DNA of 30,828 bases from an uncultured Eubacteriales bacterium (GTDB lineage Bacteria; Bacillota; Clostridia; Monoglobales; Monoglobaceae). The stretch spans positions 1 through 30,828 of the forward strand of contig USLC01000001.1 in NCBI GenBank assembly GCA_900555375.1. Direction: 5' to 3'. A program made the position numbers and the translations under genes. Below the pieces are notes generated by a model. That model made no database searches and was not told the origin of the DNA. It worked only from the letters and a program-made list of their open reading frames with translations. Below, in pieces: positions 27,403-30,828 of the stretch. Numbering within the stretch: the stretch's first letter is position 1; every line of letters begins with the position of its first letter.

Positions 27403-28239
27403 CTACATTAAAACCGGAACATTATACAAAAACAAAAATACTGTAGGCGCAACAAATATGATGCTGTCGCACCTGTCAAGGATTCCGCCGTGTCCCGGCA
27501 ATATATTTCCAAAATCCTTTATATCATACTGACGCTTTATCGACGATGCAACCAAATCTCCGATTTCGGATATAACAGCCGCAATCAGTCCAAGCACAAA
27601 CAGTAAAATCAAGTTAAAATGCCTGCCGTTTAAAAATCCCGCAAACATATTATTTACGACTATTCCGAACAAAACAAACATTACTCCGGCGCCCACAACT
27701 CCGCCGACAGCGCCCTCTACCGTCTTTTTGGGACTTATATCGGGGCAAAGCTTATGCCTGCCGAACATTCTTCCCGCAAAATATGCGCACGTATCGGCAG
27801 AAAACGCGCCGATAAATACAAGCCATATAAAAAATCTTCCGAACTCCATCGAACGGATATGAATTACATATGACAAAAAGTACGGAATGTATATAATTCC
27901 AAGCAAAAGCATAGCTATATCCGCTGCCTTAACCCGCCTGTTATAAATCAGCATAATTAAAAACAGCCCTACCACATACAAATACACAAGTATCAACGTT
28001 TCCTGGATACTCAGCATAAGCCCTATAGGAATTATAACGGCGGCAATAATGCCCATCGCGCATAAACCGCGGTGTTCTATCAGCTCAACCGCCTTATAAT
28101 ACTCATAAAGACCCACCATAGACGCCGCAATAACCGTCAGCGTAACAAGAATCGACGGTCCGAGCAAAACAATTATCAGCACAGGGGCGCAAATAACCGA
28201 TGTCAGCACCCTTGCCTTAAGCGAAGCATCTTTCTTCAT
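27403..28239 (-). CDS. cdsA: Phosphatidate cytidylyltransferase
   Basis: DTCAYFAG, ISPKKTVEGAVGG, GDLVASSIKR, KDFGNILPGHGGILDRCDS. Confidence 0.97.
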   Translation of the reverse strand: MKKDASLKARVLTSVICAPVLIIVLLGPSILVTLTVIAASMVGLYEYYKAVELIEHRGLCAMGIIAAVIIPIGLMLSIQETLILVYLYVVGLFLIMLIYNRRVKAADIAMLLLGIIYIPYFLSYVIHIRSMEFGRFFIWLVFIGAFSADTCAYFAGRMFGRHKLCPDISPKKTVEGAVGGVVGAGVMFVLFGIVVNNMFAGFLNGRHFNLILLFVLGLIAAVISEIGDLVASSIKRQYDIKDFGNILPGHGGILDRCDSIIFVAPTVFLFLYNVPVLM

Positions 28240-28263
28240 ACAGTTCTGTCCTTTCCGATAATT

Positions 28264-29025
28264 TTAAACCGCTCCGAAGCGTCTGTCCCTGTTCTGGTAT
28301 GCGATAATGGCAGATTTCATATCATCTTCTTTAAAATCGGGCCAGCATATGTCACTGAGCCAAAATTCCGAATATGCCGCCTGCCAAAGCAGAAAGTTTG
28401 ACAGTCTCTGCTCTCCGCTGGGGCGAATAATCAAGTCAACCTCGGGCAGAGAAGCGGTGTCCAGATATGAGGCAAATATCTGCTCGTTCAATTCTTCCGC
28501 ATCTATTTTGCCTTTCTTAACATCCTCGCTCACTTTACGCGCCGCTCGGACAATCTCGTCTCTTCCACCGTAGTTAAGCGCAAGGTTAACAATGATTGCC
28601 TTTCCGTCCTTGGTAACGTCCTCCGCGTGCTTTATTGCCCTTTGAAGCCTATCATCAAACCTTGATATATCTCCGCTTACCATAAAACGTGCGTCTTTCT
28701 CGGCAAATCTTTTCTCTGCGCTTATAAGATAGCTGTACAGCAAATCCATCAGCGCCGAGACCTCCTCCTCAGGACGGCTCCAGTTCTCTGTCGAAAAAGC
28801 ATACGCGGTAAGCGCCTCTATACCGAGAGAAATACAATAATCCATTATTCTCTCAAGCGTTTTGGCTCCTTGTCTGTGTCCCGCGCTTCTGGGCAGACCG
28901 CGCCGCTTTGCCCATCTTCCGTTTCCATCCAGAATAATTCCTATATGCTTCGGAAGCCGCGACATATCAATCTGCCCTTTCGGCACGGCTTTGTCCGAAT
29001 TATCGAACTTTTTTCTGAAAAACAT
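28264..29025 (-). CDS. uppS: Undecaprenyl diphosphate synthase
   Basis: HIGIILDGNGRWAK, YAFSTENWSRP, NYGGR, DLIIRPSGEQRLSNFLLWQ; ATG 29025 follows a GGGTGA RBS. Confidence 0.97.
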   Translation of the reverse strand: MFFRKKFDNSDKAVPKGQIDMSRLPKHIGIILDGNGRWAKRRGLPRSAGHRQGAKTLERIMDYCISLGIEALTAYAFSTENWSRPEEEVSALMDLLYSYLISAEKRFAEKDARFMVSGDISRFDDRLQRAIKHAEDVTKDGKAIIVNLALNYGGRDEIVRAARKVSEDVKKGKIDAEELNEQIFASYLDTASLPEVDLIIRPSGEQRLSNFLLWQAAYSEFWLSDICWPDFKEDDMKSAIIAYQNRDRRFGAV

Positions 29026-29040
29026 CCGCATCACCCAAAT

Positions 29041-29595
29041 TTAAACTTCCATTATTTCTTTTTCCTTATCAGCGGTAATGTCTTCAATCTTCTTTATAAA
29101 TTTATCCGTAATCTTCTGAACCTTCTCTTCAAGATCCTTTAAATCATCCTCGGTAATTTCGTTATTCTTTTTCTGCTTTTTAAATTCATCGATTGAATCG
29201 CGTCTGATATTTCTTACGGCAACCTTTGCCTCTTCTCCGCGCTTTGAAATACTCTTTTTAAGTTCTTTTCTGCGCTCCTCTGTAAGCGGAGGGAAGTTAA
29301 GGCGGATAACTCTGCCGTCATTGTTCGGATTTATCCCGACGTCAGAGCTTAAAATTGCTCTTTCGATATCCTTTAAAATTCCCGCATCCCACGGCTGAAT
29401 TATTATTGTTCTTGCCTCCGGCACGGAAATTGTACCCACCTGAGCAAGCGGAGTCTGAACCCCATAGTATTCAACCGTTACTTTGTCAAGTATGGCAGGA
29501 TTTGCGCGTCCCGCACGCACCGAGGCATAGTCAGCCTCAAGCGCTGCTATTGCCTTACTCATTTTACTTTCAGTTTTCTGCATAATAAACTCCAT
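29041..29595 (-). CDS. frr: Ribosome recycling factor
   Basis: VRAGRANP, YYG..TPL, PPLTEERRKEL, VAVRNIRRD. Confidence 0.98.
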   Translation of the reverse strand: MEFIMQKTESKMSKAIAALEADYASVRAGRANPAILDKVTVEYYGVQTPLAQVGTISVPEARTIIIQPWDAGILKDIERAILSSDVGINPNNDGRVIRLNFPPLTEERRKELKKSISKRGEEAKVAVRNIRRDSIDEFKKQKKNNEITEDDLKDLEEKVQKITDKFIKKIEDITADKEKEIMEV

Positions 29596-29659
29596 TCCGT
29601 CCGCCCTCCGTTAACGGCGCAGACACTTTTATATTATTAAAATTTAAACAACCGTCTTA

Positions 29660-30376
29660 TTATTGAACATCGTTTGATACATATGTTCCGATATCCTCGC
29701 CCATAACGGCTCTTTTAATATTCTCGGGGTCATCAAGTCCGAAAACAACAAGCGGAATATTGTTGTCCATACAGAGCGATGTCGCCGTTGAATCCATAAC
29801 CCCAAGCTTTCTGTTCAAAACCTCCATATAAGAAAGCTTTTTAAACTTTGTTGCATTAGGATTAATATTCGGGTCGCTGTCGTACACGCCGTCAACCTTT
29901 TTAGCAAGAAGGATAACCTCTGCATCGATTTCGGCTGCGCGGAGCGCGGCGGTTGTATCCGTAGAGAAGAACGGATTACCCGTTCCGCAGGCAAATATTA
30001 CAACCCTTCCCTTTTTAAGATGAGAAGCTGCCTTTAATCTGATATACGGCTCGGCTATCTGGCGCATCTCAATCGCCGTCTGAACTCTGCCCTCAACCCC
30101 GAGGTGTTCAAGCGCATCAAGCATAGCAAGCGAATTTATAACCGTTGCAAGCATACCCATATGGTCGGCACGCGAGCGATCCATACCCTCGCCCGTGCGT
30201 CCTCTCCAGAAGTTGCCGCCGCCGACAACTATAGCAATCTGCACGCCCATATCATAGCATTCTTTTACCTTGCGCGCTATTGCGTCTATCGTTGCCTGAT
30301 CCAGTCCGAAGCCTTTCTCTCCGGCGAGAGCCTCACCGCTGATTTTAAGCATAATTCTTTTGTATTTCGGTTCCAT
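29660..30376 (-). CDS. pyrH: UMP kinase
   Basis: [51 protein letters not shown]. Confidence 0.98.
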   Translation of the reverse strand: MEPKYKRIMLKISGEALAGEKGFGLDQATIDAIARKVKECYDMGVQIAIVVGGGNFWRGRTGEGMDRSRADHMGMLATVINSLAMLDALEHLGVEGRVQTAIEMRQIAEPYIRLKAASHLKKGRVVIFACGTGNPFFSTDTTAALRAAEIDAEVILLAKKVDGVYDSDPNINPNATKFKKLSYMEVLNRKLGVMDSTATSLCMDNNIPLVVFGLDDPENIKRAVMGEDIGTYVSNDVQ

Positions 30377-30421
30377 AGTCGAAAATCTCCTTTATTTTAT
30401 CTTTAATTTGGTCTTGTAATA

Positions 30422-30828
30422 TTATCTGCCCGACGAGTCTGATGACGAGCCCGATGTGCCCGATGACTTTGATTTGCCCGACGAAGACGATGAACTTGAT
30501 GAACTTGACGAACTCGACGAAGACGACGAACTCGACGAACTTGACGATCCCGATGAACCCGACTTTGAAGATGTACTGTCTTTAAGAATACTGTTCTCTT
30601 CCTTAAGGCGTCTGTTCTCATCCTCAAGCTGTTCTACCTGCGTTTTAAGTCTCTCTGTCTCTGTCGCGGCATTTTTCTTGTCCGATGCATTCTCTCTCGG
30701 AAACATCATAACTTTAAAAGACATCCCGAAAGCGGTCAAAAACACTCCTGCTGTTATAAGAAATATTCCAAATCCGGCAAGAAATTTTCTTCCTCCGGAT
30801 GCTTTTTCTTTTTTGGGGAACTGTTCCA
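30422..30828 (-). CDS. Single-pass membrane protein with coiled coil and poly-Ser tail (5' end at or beyond the window edge)
   Basis: Frame stays open to the edge: EQFPKKEKASGGRKFLAGFGIFLITAGVFLTAFGMSF (TM), ERLKTQVEQLEDENRRLKEENSILK (heptads), then 23 consecutive Ser. Confidence 0.75.
   Translation of the reverse strand, partial: EQFPKKEKASGGRKFLAGFGIFLITAGVFLTAFGMSFKVMMFPRENASDKKNAATETERLKTQVEQLEDENRRLKEENSILKDSTSSKSGSSGSSSSSSSSSSSSSSSSSSSSSSSGKSKSSGTSGSSSDSSGR
30480..30551. repeat. Eight imperfect 9-bp tandem units GA(C/T)GAACT(T/C) encoding poly-Ser on the minus strand
   Basis: gacgaagac gatgaactt gatgaactt gacgaactc gacgaagac gacgaactc gacgaactt gacgatccc. Confidence 0.85.

Noticed and set aside
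29608..29617. Palindrome CCGTTAACGG overlapping the frr RBS
   Set aside because: Only about 3 bp of stem once a loop is allowed; too weak to claim regulation.
30403..30627. 74 aa Arg/Val/Gln-rich ORF (RVRRVRRLRR...)
   Set aside because: Shifted-frame reading of the poly-Ser repeat; the Ser frame carries the TM and coiled coil.
1..30828. CRISPR array, tRNA/rRNA, riboswitch, transposase/integrase, prophage or defence genes
   Set aside because: All intergenic gaps are under ~250 bp and largely explained by promoters and terminators; I saw no repeat-spacer pattern or such ORFs. No covariance-model search was run.

Overview
Chromosomal, mostly housekeeping region from a Clostridia-class bacterium (inferred from gene order, SLH-domain proteins and strong Shine-Dalgarno/sigma-A signals). 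In order it contains: the 3' part of a V/A-type ATPase operon (C, F, A, B, D); a minus-strand unit of a small signal-peptide ORF plus secD and secF; the fmt-Zn peptidase-rsmB-rlmN-stp-pknB-rsgA-rpe-thiN-lipoprotein cluster; an isolated hisH-hisF pair; a group of surface-related genes (copper-amine-oxidase-N/'SxPPQ'-repeat protein, SLH + M15 peptidase, bioY, ~940 aa multi-domain protein); a Na/Pi cotransporter; cdsA-uppS-frr-pyrH; and a membrane protein with a poly-Ser tail cut by the window edge. I saw no mobile element, tRNA/rRNA, CRISPR array or defence system. The best candidate for something new is the ~120 aa secreted leader ORF between a consensus promoter and secDF. It has the layout of a SecM/VemP/ApdA-type translation-arrest 'monitoring substrate' but no known arrest motif, and competing RNA stems link its stop codon to the secD start. 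All function calls come from motif recognition by eye, not database searches.
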